64,000 bases of DNA from Basidiobolus meristosporus CBS 931.73 (GCA_002104905.1 MCFE01000210.1:63777-127776); one strand, 5' to 3'; shown: positions 1 through 16,100, numbered from the stretch's first letter. The notes: generated by a model not told the origin, from the sequence alone. A program made the numbers and translations.

Positions 1-1911
1 TCCCTCTTGAATGAATATAGCGGGTTGGACTGCGTTGATGTGGGCAACAAACAACCATCATGATGGTATTGTTGCTACGTTGGTAGACCATGGTGCTTCG
101 ACCGCCTCCAAATCGACCAAAGGGCGTACGGTTCTAGACTTCGCGAACCGCGGCTCAAATAGCGACACTTTCCAGAGTCAAAGGATCTTGGAAATTCTGA
201 CGGATCCTCGTGACGGCTCCAGTAGCTCAGGGAGCAATCGCGAGAGCGGCTACTACTCTAACCCTCGAGCAGACCTCGAGGACGTCATGTCCGAAAGCGA
301 CATCTTGTTTAGAATGGCACTGGATCGAGCCAAAGAGAACGATGGCAATACGTCCGATTTTAAATTTAGCGATTATGGCGTATGGTTTCCCGTGCTCTCA
401 CATCGTTATCCGTTGACGAAGCAAACTAACCTATCTTTTCTTGCAGGATTTCGAAGATGAAACCGAATTTTCGTGGGATAACATCCAGCCCGACCAGATG
501 TTTGTTTTTACTCACGACAACCTAGACTTTTTGTTGGACAAAATCATCACCGATATGAAGCCGCATTATTCCCGTGAATACAAATTCCTCCCCGCGAACA
601 TCCTTTTCTTGGCCGCCCGCTATGGCGTCTGTTTAGGGGGATTGGATCTGCTAGAGGAGTTGATGAGCAAGTCATTTGAGAAAGTATTGGAGACAGTCAA
701 GGTACACCATTGCATAGCGTGTCGAGCTGGGATAGCGTTGTATTAAAAGGACTTTCTAGCAATACTGTCAGGACATGTCGTATCTAGCATTTTGGTTATC
801 CAACTGCACCCTGCTGCTGCATTACTTAAAGAGAGATACTAATTTGGTTACCGCGACTGTCGAATTTCAGCTGGCACTTTCCGAACTAATCCACGAACTC
901 TATCAAAGATTTGTTCGCAATGTTACTCAGCGAATTGAAGAGCTGCTGGAGCCTGCTATGCTAGCCCATGATGCTTTGCCGGGGATGGACGACATCAAGT
1001 TTGTTGGTGAGAAAAGAAACTTCTTGTTCCAAGGAAAGAAAACCTTTACTCCACCACCTTCTCCTCGTACCAACAGGCTCACAATTCGTCGAAAAACCCG
1101 GTTTTCGTCTCCTCGCGGTACCCCACCTCGTAGCAAGCCCACCACCCCCAAAACAATCACCTCCATACTTTCCTCCACGCTGATTGTACTGCAGTCATAC
1201 GAAGTTCACCCGACAATCATCCATTATGTGCTGAATCAAATATTCTACTACATGTCCGCCGAAATGTTTAATCGGATCATCATCACCAAAGAATATTGCT
1301 GCAGAGTGAAAGCGATGCAAATCCGTATGAACGTCTCCACGGTCGAGGAGTGGGTGCACACCAACCGCCTACCCCAGGTTTTAGTTCAGCATTTTCAGCC
1401 GATGACTCAGCTTCTTCAATTTCTCCAATGCCTCTCAGGCCTTTCGGAACTCACCGAGCTTCTGGTCACGATCAAGGAACTGCCTGCGTTGAACCTCCTT
1501 CAACTATATCGACTCGTCAGCAACTACCGCTACGAAGTTGGAGAGAAGCAGCTTCCAGAGGAGATTAGCCAGTATTTGGAACAGGTGGCCAGAGATACTT
1601 GCGATCTGCAAGCACGCTCTTCCATCGAGGCCGAACAAGATGGCCATCGAACACCAAAAGTTCGAGAAGAGGTGATCGATACTTTACCCACGCATGAGCC
1701 TGGACGCGCCGGATCGAGTCTATCGTCAGGAGATATGGAGGAGCTGATGGATCCAATGCATCTGCTTCCGTTCGCTATACCAACCAGCACCGAAATGCTG
1801 AGTGGCTGGGGCAAATGTGATAAAGAATACGTCCCCTATTTACCCGATGCATATCTCGAAGAGCTAGACAATGAATTACGAGTCAGATCTGAGCATTCCT
1901 TCTTCGACTAG
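1..1911 (+). CDS. Ankyrin-repeat + Dilute (DIL) domain protein (YPR089W-like), 5' partial, spliced
   Basis: Ankyrin motif GWTALMWAT...IVATLVDHGA; F.WD...PDQMFVF block; DIL-type QIRMNVSTVEEW...LQFLQCLS. GT-AG introns at about 373-446 and 702-760. Confidence 0.8.
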
Positions 1912-2283
1912 ATTCTCCACTAGATTATCCACCTGATAGCTCCTGGATCGCTATTCTCTTCCCACCCGCTAGATTCCATGTTACATTATGCCACATCCAC
2001 ATCTACCAATCACATTGGACCACTAATTGATCTAGAACCCACCTGCAAAACAATTAATAAATCTGAATCTCGAATCAATTACACGGGCCATCATTGTTTT
2101 ATGGCACACAATATATATTCAGCACGATTCAAGGGTTGAGGAAACGAGTGCATCAATCAATGCGCTAATGAATAAATTCAAATAGAGTACAGGGAAAACG
2201 GAATTTACATAAAATAATGGCTGATTTTTGGGTTGGTAAATGGCGGTCAGGAAATACTGCTTATGCCCGTAGGATAAACCGCA

Positions 2284-4296
2284 TTAACTGTTAATAGTGC
2301 CGCTATGTGTAAAAGCCCGCTTTAAACCTGGGAACATCCAGCTGTCACCAGTGTCAACAAGCCCACTTCCGGTTACCTCCAAGTCAATTTTCAGGTATTT
2401 ACGATCTTCGGGGCCTGCCAGCCAAGGTGGAGGGAAGACACCACCGAGAGGCGAAAGTAGCGATATACGAGGCCGTTGATTCGGTGCTTTTGGATTTGTT
2501 TCGTTGTGTTTGGTGAAGAAGTGCTGCATATTAGCACAGTACAGATAGGCGTGATCAAAGAAGGGTGGAAGAACATTCTGCCCCTGCTTCTTGAAGGATG
2601 TCACCTCCATAGACATTTGGTCTGTGGTTTCCATCACATCGGTCTCTGCCTCGGATTCTTTGTTGTCATAAGTCTGTCCACTGCTCAACCACGAATGCAT
2701 TGCTCTTGTCGCCTCTTCGCCAGAGGCGCTTCTTGGAAGCTTGGTTTCATTCATATGACATTTCGGGTTAGCATTATCAATGTCAGATCGCTTGACAATT
2801 TTCGTGTCACGGTCACTTTCAACACTAGCTACACGAGGGGCGGCGGCATTGACGTGCGGAGACGGTGTGAATAGATTGGCTCCCATAGTGGCACGGCCTC
2901 CGTAGCTGCCGCCAATAGTCGACTGGTAGTTTGTCAGAGGCAGCGAGAAAAGTGCGAAAGAGAAGAACATGATCATCAGGACAACTCCGGTAGTTTTCGG
3001 CTTTGACAACTTTTTATCCTCAGGCTTGATCACATCATCGGTTTCGGTTTCCGCTATAAAATTGCCTTCAAGGTCGATGTCCATGTTTTCAATCTCAATG
3101 GCAGTTTCGGTGGATGTACCCTTTGAAGATGCTTCTTGCCGCTTGTGTGCAGTAGCTTCCTCCAGCATTTTACGTAATCTTTGGCACTCCTCTTGGGCTT
3201 GGTCTCTCTCATGAGCTACTGCTTTCATTTGATCTTCCATCTCTTGAACCTTGATTTTCAGATCATCATTCTCTTGCACTAGCGTCTCATTGGTGGTTTC
3301 CAGGTTTGCCATGTGCTCTCTCTTCCGCTTACGAGATAACAGCGCAGCGGCTCTATTCTTGATCAGGCGTTCTTGACGTTTACTCAGTGCCGCCGCTGCT
3401 GCTGCCTCATTGTTGGGCGAACTGTTGGTGGATGCATAGGCTGGCCGGTTCTCAAGCTTGGGAGAGACCGCCGGTTTGGGACTATCTATTGGAAGATTTT
3501 GAAGAGTCGTCTCGGGGGTCTCCTTTTTAACGGTAACTTCAACATTCACTGGCTTTGGAATCTCTTTATTAGCTTCACTCAAGCCGTGCGGAGAGCTTGT
3601 TTGAGAGCCAACAGGTATGAGTGGCTTAAGTGGAACTAGATTAGCAGTGGATGGTGCAGGACACGGTTCTCTTTTCTTTCTGCCTCTTTTCTTCTTCGGT
3701 GGTTCAGGTGTAGGCTGTACAGCTGGCAGGACTGGTAGGGAAGTGGCGAACAAAGGAATTCCCGGAAAGCCTGGCAGTCCAGCAAGTCCGTGTGGATAAA
3801 AAAGCGGAGCTTGGCCGCCCAGTTTGGGGAGGGGTACACCTTGAAGGAAAGAGATGGGCTGTGGTTGTGTGTTTACCTTCAGGGGCATATCGTCCATGGA
3901 CATTGCAGTGGTACCAGAGATCTTACTTGAAGAGCCTGACGCTCCACTTTCCAAGACACAATCCTCATTTACATATTGCCAATAGTCAACGTCCGGCTCT
4001 TCGCGTTTCGGTGAGGTCAGTTCAGGAGAGTCGCCTTTGCAACTACGTGGTGAACTAGGTTCCTGCATACCGCCGTTATCATCGGAGGAAGAGCTTGACC
4101 AAGGAGGGGAGGCACCGCCAGCGAGGTGCTCTTTGTCCACGCTAGGAACGTTATTCAGAAAGTCCCACAGATTGTCTTCGTTTGCCAGGAGCTTTGGATC
4201 GGATAGTGAAGCGTCTGCATCGGCGAAACAATCTTGATTCAGGAAGGAGAGAACAAGGTCCTCATTCTCCTGGTTTTCTGCAGTAGTGGAGGACAT
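2284..4296 (-). CDS. Membrane-anchored bZIP transcription factor, ATF6-like
   Basis: Single exon from ATG 4296. bZIP RQERLIKNRAAALLSRKRKREHM plus leucine zipper; hydrophobic segment GVVLMIMFFSFALFSLPL; C-terminal HNET..RPRISLLSP..LKIDLEV. Confidence 0.8.
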   Translation of the reverse strand: MSSTTAENQENEDLVLSFLNQDCFADADASLSDPKLLANEDNLWDFLNNVPSVDKEHLAGGASPPWSSSSSDDNGGMQEPSSPRSCKGDSPELTSPKREEPDVDYWQYVNEDCVLESGASGSSSKISGTTAMSMDDMPLKVNTQPQPISFLQGVPLPKLGGQAPLFYPHGLAGLPGFPGIPLFATSLPVLPAVQPTPEPPKKKRGRKKREPCPAPSTANLVPLKPLIPVGSQTSSPHGLSEANKEIPKPVNVEVTVKKETPETTLQNLPIDSPKPAVSPKLENRPAYASTNSSPNNEAAAAAALSKRQERLIKNRAAALLSRKRKREHMANLETTNETLVQENDDLKIKVQEMEDQMKAVAHERDQAQEECQRLRKMLEEATAHKRQEASSKGTSTETAIEIENMDIDLEGNFIAETETDDVIKPEDKKLSKPKTTGVVLMIMFFSFALFSLPLTNYQSTIGGSYGGRATMGANLFTPSPHVNAAAPRVASVESDRDTKIVKRSDIDNANPKCHMNETKLPRSASGEEATRAMHSWLSSGQTYDNKESEAETDVMETTDQMSMEVTSFKKQGQNVLPPFFDHAYLYCANMQHFFTKHNETNPKAPNQRPRISLLSPLGGVFPPPWLAGPEDRKYLKIDLEVTGSGLVDTGDSWMFPGLKRAFTHSGTINS

Positions 4297-6072
4297 CACG
4301 ATAGTTGTTGTACTTACTTGAGCCAAACCACAATTCAAAAATGAAGTGTAAACTCAAACCACAGGTCTAACAGTGATGACAAGACAGATCAAGGACCTGA
4401 TTTCCGTACCTTTTGGCCTACTTTAAATAGTCGTTTGTCACTCGGATTACAGAGTCAAACAGTTTTGTTATCAGGCAGATCCGCCTATAATACTGCTAAA
4501 CTAAGAAGTATATAATTCTGATGGACCAGATAGAATTCAGCATTGGGTTCAACAGATTCACCATTGACCCCTCCCTCAGCCCCCTACTGACCAATACTCA
4601 CACTGAATGAATAGCTTGGGCCTTTGTGTGCATTATTCGCAAGTTCGCTCTGACTAGGCTTGTAGAACATGGCCAACTCAGAAACCAAATATAGCTCCCG
4701 GTAGCATTTGAGAATCATTGCGACGTGCACAAATGCCTAATATTCTCACACACTCATTTGAGGGATCCTTTAATAGTTCATCCATTTTAAGTATAATTGG
4801 CTTGCTTTACTTGTTGTATCACATGATGGAAATTGACATGTACCAACTTGCTACACATTCGATGGAAAATGCATGACCCGAGTATCTTGAGAGAGTCCAT
4901 TGTTCTCTCGGATGATGAAAGAGCGGCTGGATAGAGAATGGGAAGGCGAAAGAGAGAATGGCTTGGAAGCGGCGCTTGTAGTAAGTGGCATGGAAACCGG
5001 TAGAAGAATCGGGTAACCATTCACATTGTGTTTCGATCCAATCGTGATTCTCACTGTCTTGGAACATTGATATTGCGATGATTAGGGGGTTAGGCTCGCC
5101 CCTACTCGGGTCCATCGCCCAATCTGCGTGGGCACGCTCGAATCTTCCATTTGCTCCAACATTCGGATTTTTTACGGGTTTTTTACAGTTATCAGGGATA
5201 TTTTCGACTCGGTAGATCTAGTCCATATATACCGGGTGATCATGGTTCAAAGGGGCATCGATTGTGGATGGTGGGTAGATTTGGGCCATATTGTAATCGG
5301 TTTGTATTATATTGAGGCTTTATGATGCTAGAAATGGATCATATTGGGCACCCAATCAGCCTGTAGTTGGTAGAGTCTGGCGCCACCCATGAATTAGGCA
5401 ATACCTCAGCAATGCCCTTAGAGGTGGAAATGATGCTGAACCGAGGGTTCTGTCCAAAATGATGGAAATCATCTGGAATCTGATCTAAGGGACATCTAAA
5501 CATGAATCTATGTCAAGTTGATATGAATCAGGATTTGATGTTGGTTAACACGTGAAGATTGGCATTTCTTCTCATCCTCTGTAAAGATAAGCATTCATTC
5601 TTGTTCTCTGCATATTTTAATGACAATGGGCGAGCAGCCTATGAATGTTGCCTCGTGATTTTGCTGAATTCTACGTCAATTCTCGCTCAACGCCTGACAT
5701 GAGATCACTCCATCTCGCATGTAATGTATCATTATTCATTTTTTTTACTGATAATCTGAAAAGCTACGATAGTTGTTTATCTTGTCTAAGCTAATTTGGT
5801 CCATTTGTCAATTTCTACACCGAATCCTCTGCTATTCAATTCACTTGCTGTTAAACAGTCTTGAGAACCTTCCAAAAGTTGCAACATTCCTGCCCTTTAA
5901 TGCACAGTCTTTTATAACTCTGGCTAGCACTACCAACAACACATCGAAGCACTCCCTTACGTAAATATTGTCAAGTGGGCATTGATAAACGTCTCACTAA
6001 ACCTACCGTTGTTATTCTCCTCCGCCACTCAGTCGGCCGTAAACTTAAGTAGTCAGTTGAGGTTTTCAAAAA

Positions 6073-8843
<2,771 letters not shown>

Positions 8844-9382
8844 CGTTGAGCTTTCCACCACATCGTCACAAACACCGCCCCGAGATAAAATGTGTTTGTT
8901 TTTGCATTTCTTTATTATCTTATCACCGGCCACTCCACTCCTACCCCATCTACCAGTAGGCATCTCATTTTGACATCAGTTTCTCTATTAAACAAGTTGG
9001 CGTTACTCCCTCTATGCTTTAAGCAATTAAATGCAGATGATCAGTGCCAGGTCTGCAAGTCCCAGCAAATGTGTTGTCAAGGCATATATTAAATTTGCCA
9101 CCAATAATGTAGGCCTGCAAAGAGTCTACCAATAAACACGTTCAGTCAAGGAAATCAACCAAGTTGATTTAATTTAATAATCCTTTTGTTCATCAATATT
9201 TCACTGAACTTGAGGAGTCACGTTGTATATTCCTCATATCTCCAGGTGGCTCTATTCACACCTTGGTTGTAGCCTGAGCTCAAACATTCTGTCACAAGCT
9301 TGTAAATACACGAACTTTGCTTCCACCCCTTCCTAGCCTTACTGTACTTACTTTTCACAAGCCACTTAGTTCGTCCTTTGTC

Positions 9383-10228
9383 ATGGTACAGGATACTACG
9401 GCGCGAACCAGAACTGCAGGAAAGCGTTTGCCCCTTCCAGGGTTAAACCCCAACTCTTATATATATCTAGATTCCAGCTCGGACAGCGAAGATACCTATC
9501 TAGGTGAGGACACCGATTCAGAGGTGACCAGCCCAAGGGCCTACCTAGGAGGAAAGACAAAGTCCAAAGCCGTTTCTGGCGAAGTGCAAAGGCGCCTGTC
9601 CGTTATATCCCCATTCAGCTCTGACTTGGAAGATAGTGAGGTAGCTCAACCAAGAAGACGCTCCGGAAAGAGTTTGAAGAATATCCTCAGCCTGAGGGAA
9701 AGAATGAATTTTGACGAATTGGAAGAGGAGTCAGACGACGAGGAGAGCCTGGGGATAGGCTGGGGATGTTTCTCAAATACACCGGCTACCACGCCGCAGG
9801 GACTCACCGAGTTGGAGAGGTTGCGAGAGACAGATATCACGATATTTCAAGACATGTTGGCAGACGCCTCAGAGGCAGAAAGCATCATGAACTCCTTGCT
9901 CGAGTTGACAGCTAGTCGATCCCCTTCTGGTCTATATGATGATTTACACATATCCCCCAATATTCAGTCGAACTCTATAACACAGATACCAGAGGAGATC
10001 CCATTTAACACTGATTCAATTGAGCATAGCGACACCGACCTGGCACCTCCCAATCCATCTTTGGAGGACCATTCGCGCAATGCATCTTGCCTGGAAGCTG
10101 ACACATATTCAAATAGCGAGGTGGCAGACAGGGCCAAGTATTTCGGCCAACATGCACGCTATAGCCCCTACAGCCACAAGCTCTACATTAGACGAAAAGG
10201 CAGAAGTGCGAACTACGCATCTATCTAA
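9383..10228 (+). CDS. Hypothetical Ser/Asp/Glu-rich disordered protein
   Basis: Stop-free frame 9317-10228, first ATG 9383; acidic low complexity with a basic C-terminus (HARYSPYSHKLYIRRKGR). No family recognised. Confidence 0.55.
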   Translation: MVQDTTARTRTAGKRLPLPGLNPNSYIYLDSSSDSEDTYLGEDTDSEVTSPRAYLGGKTKSKAVSGEVQRRLSVISPFSSDLEDSEVAQPRRRSGKSLKNILSLRERMNFDELEEESDDEESLGIGWGCFSNTPATTPQGLTELERLRETDITIFQDMLADASEAESIMNSLLELTASRSPSGLYDDLHISPNIQSNSITQIPEEIPFNTDSIEHSDTDLAPPNPSLEDHSRNASCLEADTYSNSEVADRAKYFGQHARYSPYSHKLYIRRKGRSANYASI

Positions 10229-10529
10229 TTTTGCCTGCCTTGACCGGCATTGGGCTCGGATATATATATAGAGAGATTTGATGTTAGTGTACTATGAGGT
10301 TTAATTGTATTTGCATCGTTGCTATTGCTATATTCGTTTAGATAAATAAACCGTAAATCCTGGAAATCATCGGCTATTCACCATGTGCTGATATTTAGAT
10401 TTCATGAATTTCTCAGGACCGATTCGCAGAGAAGAAATTCCAAACCTCGCAATGGATAATTGGCACAAAGTGGTGTCTGCTCTCTACTAAGCTACTCTTG
10501 AGCATACAACTTGTACCGATAAATTAACC

Positions 10530-12098
10530 ATGGCTTCATCTCCGGTCCAGACATTGCAGTACACACCGGTGGCCTCCATGATCCCTGAGATGGTGTATCC
10601 ACCAGTCCCAGGGGAGACCCACGCTTTCTATGGAGACCATCATAACAAGGGAGTCAAGCTTCCTGACCGCTCCCATCTTAAGCTAAATGACTCTAACCTA
10701 CCCAATAACAACAACATCGAACTTCCAAATCAGATACAGAAAGAGATTAACGAACGTCTATACATCGCAGCGGAAACCGGTGATGCTACCGTTATGTCTG
10801 AGTTGTTGGAGGCAATGGATGCCGCTACAAACGGCTCACCTTCAGGGTTGATTAATACCCCCTCCCCCTCCACTGGCCTCACGGCTTTACACTATGCTGC
10901 CTCGCGCGGACATCTTACTCTGGTTCAATTGCTTGTGGATTCTGGCTCTATTGTCGAGCTGCCAGATAGAGAAGGAGAGGTAAGCAGATTTATACTTGAC
11001 GGCTTTTTTCGTGGCCCACTCATAAAACATCCGTCTTGAACCGATTCTTTCCAACAGACCGCCCTTCTTAAAGCGGCGTATAATGGCTATTTGAATGTTA
11101 TCAAGTATCTAGTCGAGCACCAAGCCGATGTCAACCACAAAGATAACGACGGATGGACTTCTTTGCATAATGCCTGTTCGAGAGGTCAATTAGACGTGGT
11201 GCGTTGGCTCATCGAAATCAGTGGCGCCGATGTCAATATTAGAAGCAAGATGGGTCATACGCCGTTAAGTAAGTTGGGCCTGGTGAAATACGCCATGGGA
11301 TGGAGATGCTGATGTCACTTTTCACTAGTCAATGCCGCCTCCAAGGGGTATCTACACATTGTACGGTATTTGCTTAGAAAAGGCAAGGCGAATCCGCTCA
11401 TCAAAAACAAGTTTGGTGAGACAGCATACGATGTGGCGGCGGTGAGTATGGAGGCGCAGGTATGCGAACTGCTGGAGAGAGCAGAGAAGGATTGGTGGAG
11501 AGCCCACAGGAAGCCTAGTGTTGGTAAGCAAGCGTGGGGATATCAAACCGTGTATGACGGCAACTGACGGCCAATTGTGTTAGGTGGACCACCCGTAGTG
11601 AAAGAGAAGTATGACATGATCGCCTCGCACAATACCATTCTTGTAATCCTCCACGAGAACCAGCGGTCCACCTCAAGCTTCCGACTTCGTTTCACGGCGC
11701 CCAAGTTCTCGGCAACTGCGCTTTCAAAATCGGACGTGCGAGGTCCTTGGTCGTTAACCAACGGTGAGCCCAAGACTAAAGAAGATGTTCAACTGCCTAC
11801 TCCACCTGAATCTTCACAGTCAACCTCTGATTCCTGGTTTTGGCTCACCGACTGGCAAGTTGATATCAAGCACCTGCAAGTCGATCCTGAGGAGGGATGG
11901 CAATATTCCAGATCGTTTGATTGTCTAGAAAAGGAGTGGACACCCACGGCGCCTGGTGCTAGTTCAGGCGGAAGCTGGGTCAGAAGAAGAAGGTGGTTCA
12001 GAGCAATGAAACGCCAAGTCGACGTTTCACAGCTAACCCTAAACGAGCCTGAGGACGATGCTTCGATTAACAGTCAGGAAGCCATTGCCACCGCATAG
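10530..12098 (+). CDS. Ankyrin-repeat protein with C-terminal DysF (dysferlin/Pex24p-like) domain
   Basis: Ankyrin repeats TGLTALHYAASRGH, DGWTSLHNACSRGQ, GETAYDVA; DysF motifs LHENQR, WFWLTDWQVD, EGWQYSRSF, WVRRRRWFR; three introns. Confidence 0.8.
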
Positions 12099-12668
12099 AT
12101 ATAATGACCAATCACCCCACCCTTCACCCTAGAGCCAGTCTTTAGGTTGATGACACCAAACTTATGCATCCTATTTAATATAAAGCCCATATTTTATCAC
12201 ATCTATGTCGGAAATCATCGCATTTGGAAATACCGATTACCAATAGGTCGCTCAACGTTATTTATGGGCATATTTTCTCAATACTCAACCATCAGCCTGG
12301 TCTCGGCTTTTCCACCGATTCATGCTGAGTTGTAAAAAAAACAGCTTCCCAATTTGTTCGTAGCTCTTACCATTCCCGCCTTCCCTCCCCACTCCATTTT
12401 TTATATTATACTGTTTATTACTGTGATTATATATCTCACCATACCTTGTGATAGAGCACCACAATCGTACTAGCATCCAATTCTTTACAATACAGAGTAC
12501 CAAACAGTGTCCCGACGCACACAGTCTATACAGCATACAACCCCTCTGTACAGTGTGATAAACCCCTCCTCAAACCGCTGCCCTAATTTCTACCATTGCC
12601 TATTTTCCCCTTTACCCACCTCTGAGGCTCCTCTCTCGAACAGTTCCCAGCTTTAGAGAGCTAACATC

Positions 12669-13087
12669 ATGACGGTCAACAAGCTCTTTCACGGAAAGAG
12701 CTTTTTCATAGCGGGTTTTGATGAAATCCGATATCAACAGTTATGCGACAACATTGAGAGTCATGGTGGCACTGTTATTCTAGATGCTTTTATGCCAACA
12801 AAGGTAAGACAAAGGGCCTTTAGCGTCTCAGGATTTCTTTACACCGTCCGTGTTCTTTTGAATTGGTGTTTTATATATCTATTTCTGCTCCTGTTTCATT
12901 GACCGTGACATCTTTTTGGCTTCTGCTAGACATCGTATGTTTTGACTACACCCCATATACTAGAGGCCATGAAAGACATCCTCTCTGAGTTATTGGCTTT
13001 CAATATACCTATTGTGGATGAAGGGTTTGTGTGGAGTTCCATACAGCAGGGATATCTGATGAACCCCGCGATGTTTGATGTCACACG
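12669..13087 (+). CDS. BRCT domain encoded by two exons (12669-12803, 12930-13087); probably the 5' exons of the MAPKKK
   Basis: Spliced peptide LFHGKSFFIAGF...LCDNIESHGGTV...TSYVLT...NIPIVDEGFVWSSIQQGYLMNPAMF fits the BRCT pattern (F-x-G-x-x-F, I-x-x-x-GG, hydrophobic V/I-V, PIV-x3-W/F-V). Confidence 0.7.
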
Positions 13088-13140
13088 GTAAGAGCTCTCT
13101 GAACTGTTTCCGTTGCACCGTACTAAACCCAGGGAAATAG

Positions 13141-16100
13141 TGAAATATCACTCACCTCTACGAGCGAAGAGTTGCCTCTGCCAAACTTGAATTCCAACAG
13201 TAGTTGGTCTACCGCCAGTGATCTGCCGGTTCATGGCACGTACGGGTATGAAATTCAAAACACAGACAGCCAAGCGTCTGACAATCACTTCAAGAAAAAC
13301 AACGATGCTGCCTATTTCAAGTCGGGAAAGTTCGACCGCATGAATCCCGGGGACTCCGACTCGGATGACGCGGAGCTTGATGACGAAGAAGAGAAATCGT
13401 TCATGGCTACACCTAGCATGGAGTACGAGAATGCTGGCCTAGCTCATGACAACGAGTCCCAAGCGATCCATCGAGAGCGATTGGAGTGGCGGGGCATGCT
13501 GGCCTCCGTATTGACCGGAGAAGTCATCAAATCCGAAAAGATGCGCATTTCAGATTCACTAAAGTCCAAGCAACAGAAGGCCGCGTTGAGCTATCAAAAT
13601 TGGCTGGGGATCCGTGCTTTACTGAGACAGACAAGTATCCCTCACGAGAAAAGGTTCTTGGAAGAAGCGCGTTCACAAGTTGATGGCGTTCTGCAAGAAG
13701 TCATCAACTTCAAGATCACAAATCGCGTCAACCCCGCTATCGAGCAGGTGGCGGAGATCTTGCAAAGAGTTGACCAAGTGGAGAATCTGTACCCCACCCG
13801 CAAAGCCATCATGGACGACAATCCTCTGTACGCATCCCAAGAATTCCAATACAACTTGGATGCCTTGACCTCATGGTGCACAGTTACCATGAGTATCCAG
13901 ATGCAGTTGAAAATCCTTAAGGACTGGACTGGTAGTGACAGTCTACAGGTGGCACGACCCAAGGATACGCCGGCGAATCCTGATGAACCCTCTTTCATCG
14001 AACGTATTCTCAAGGAGAACGGCCTGCAGCGTACGTTTGAGAAACGAACCCTTTCCACCCTCAACTCCCTTCTCTCCAAGGCCAAGCTGAACATGATAGA
14101 GAATGCGTCGGCGTATGCCAAGATGAACTTGCCGTCATACACTGCCGAGCTTCGACAACTGGTCAGATTCCCCACAAGCCTGATGGAGGAATGTCTGAGG
14201 CTACGTCTTGAATATGCAGAGCGCGTGACTGATCCTACCACTTTGATGCTGGATCAGATGTCCGAGGATTTCCGTGTCTCCTTGTCTTTGGCATGCCGCA
14301 TCAAGCACGAATACCAAGAGCTGACCCAAGCGGCAGATGGCTGGGAGGTGCCGAATTGCATCGATGAGCAATATGATTCGGTGCTTTTCGACAGTTTGAA
14401 GTACTACCTGAAGTTGCTTCACTGGAAACTGAAGGGCGGCAGTAAAGCGGTCTATTTCAAGGAAGCGGAGATTCTGGAGAGCGAATGGAATTTCCTGACC
14501 GAGGTATCTCTGTACATTGAAGGCGGGGAGTGGGAGACGGCCGAGCAGCTTTGCTCCCTCACCAACCGACTGCTTTGCCGGGTTCTTCTCTATTTCGAGT
14601 CACAGATGCGAGTTCCACCGGAAATGCCAGCAGCTGGTCTGATCAAATGGTATAATCGGGTGTTGGAGAATGTGCGTATGGGAGTCCGAAAGTTGCTGCG
14701 CTTCTCCAAGTTGCTAAGTAATCAGTACGAGAGTGCTGCCGAATACATATTTGAGCCGAGCAACCTGGATCTCGTCTTGGGGACTCTTAGTGCCACCGGA
14801 CACGTGCTGGTCTACACCGGCTCTTTCGAGAGTGAAGGGCTCTATATCCTGGTGGACCCGAAGCTGTGCCAAAAGCCCGAACTTCTACGGAAACTGATGA
14901 GATCTTGTCTGTGCAAGGAAGCGGACAACACGCTCGACAAGGAGAGCTACATGCTGATCATCAACCCTGGGAAATGCGAGCTTGTGTGGCACGGCCAGAT
15001 CATTCAAATCGATATAGAGTACATGAGTGTCAACCTCGGTATCAATCGCATTCGTCTGATATCGGAGAGCGCCGGAAGCCTTCCAGAGAGCAAAAGAGTA
15101 TTTTCAAATAGAACAAAGGGGATTGGGATCAACGTGATCCACAGCCAGAAGTCTCACATCCCCAAGGTTCACAAGGAACAGAACAAAATCAAGAAAACCG
15201 TGTTCAAATTGGCCGAAACCATCCTATTCAATGTCAATGTCATCCGAGAGGCCACCAAGCACTCTCCCTCTGTGGACTTGATCGAGAACTGCTTCACTTT
15301 TGCTTCGGACTTTGGGCAACGAGCCTTGAAGTATATGGAGACTGGGGTTAGGTCTCAGCTGAACCTCCAAATGATGCGGTTGGCGATCGACTGGGTGACC
15401 TTTGTTGTATCCGACTGCGTCCCTACCGAGAAGAAGACCTTCCGTTGGGCAGTGATTGCCTTGGAGTTTGCCATGCAAATGACTAGAGCCAACAACATCT
15501 TGCTGCTGAGTGACGGGGAGTTTGAGCTACTCCAAAGTAAGGTGGCGATCTGCATGACGCTGCTGGTGTCGCACGTCGACATTGCCGGGGCAAGAAGTGC
15601 CCATGAAGCGGTACACCAGGCCGAGCAAGAGAAGCAAAACAACATGGACGCTGCCATGGATGATCTTAGCAAGCGTCTCCAGATGACGGTATGTAGTGCC
15701 TTTGCCACCGACAGCTCATTGATTGCAGTTCGCGACGAGTGGATGCGCAAGCTCAAAGAAGTCGACGAATACCGCACCTCCAAAGAACAGGATGCAAGGC
15801 TTATTGGTAAGGTGTTGGACGACGATCGTCCCGAAGACCGCAGTCTTGTATTCCTGGCCTCTTCTTCGAGCAATATCTCGTTACGCTGGCAGCAAGGCAA
15901 GTTCATTGGAGGTGGTACTTTTGGCTCAGTATATCTTGCAATCAACCTGGATAGCGGTGATCTCATGGCCGTGAAGGAGGTCCGATTCACCGATTCCTCA
16001 TCGCTCACAGCCCTGCACAAGTCCATCAAAGAAGAGATGTGTATCATGGAGAGGTTGGACCACCCCAACATCGTGAAATACTTTGGCCTGGAGGTGCATC

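Noticed and set aside
5141-5560. Possible MITE with degenerate TIRs (AATCTTC..CCAACAT) in the bZIP/SNF1 promoter
   Set aside because: Only two 7-mers match, there is no TSD and no second copy in the window.
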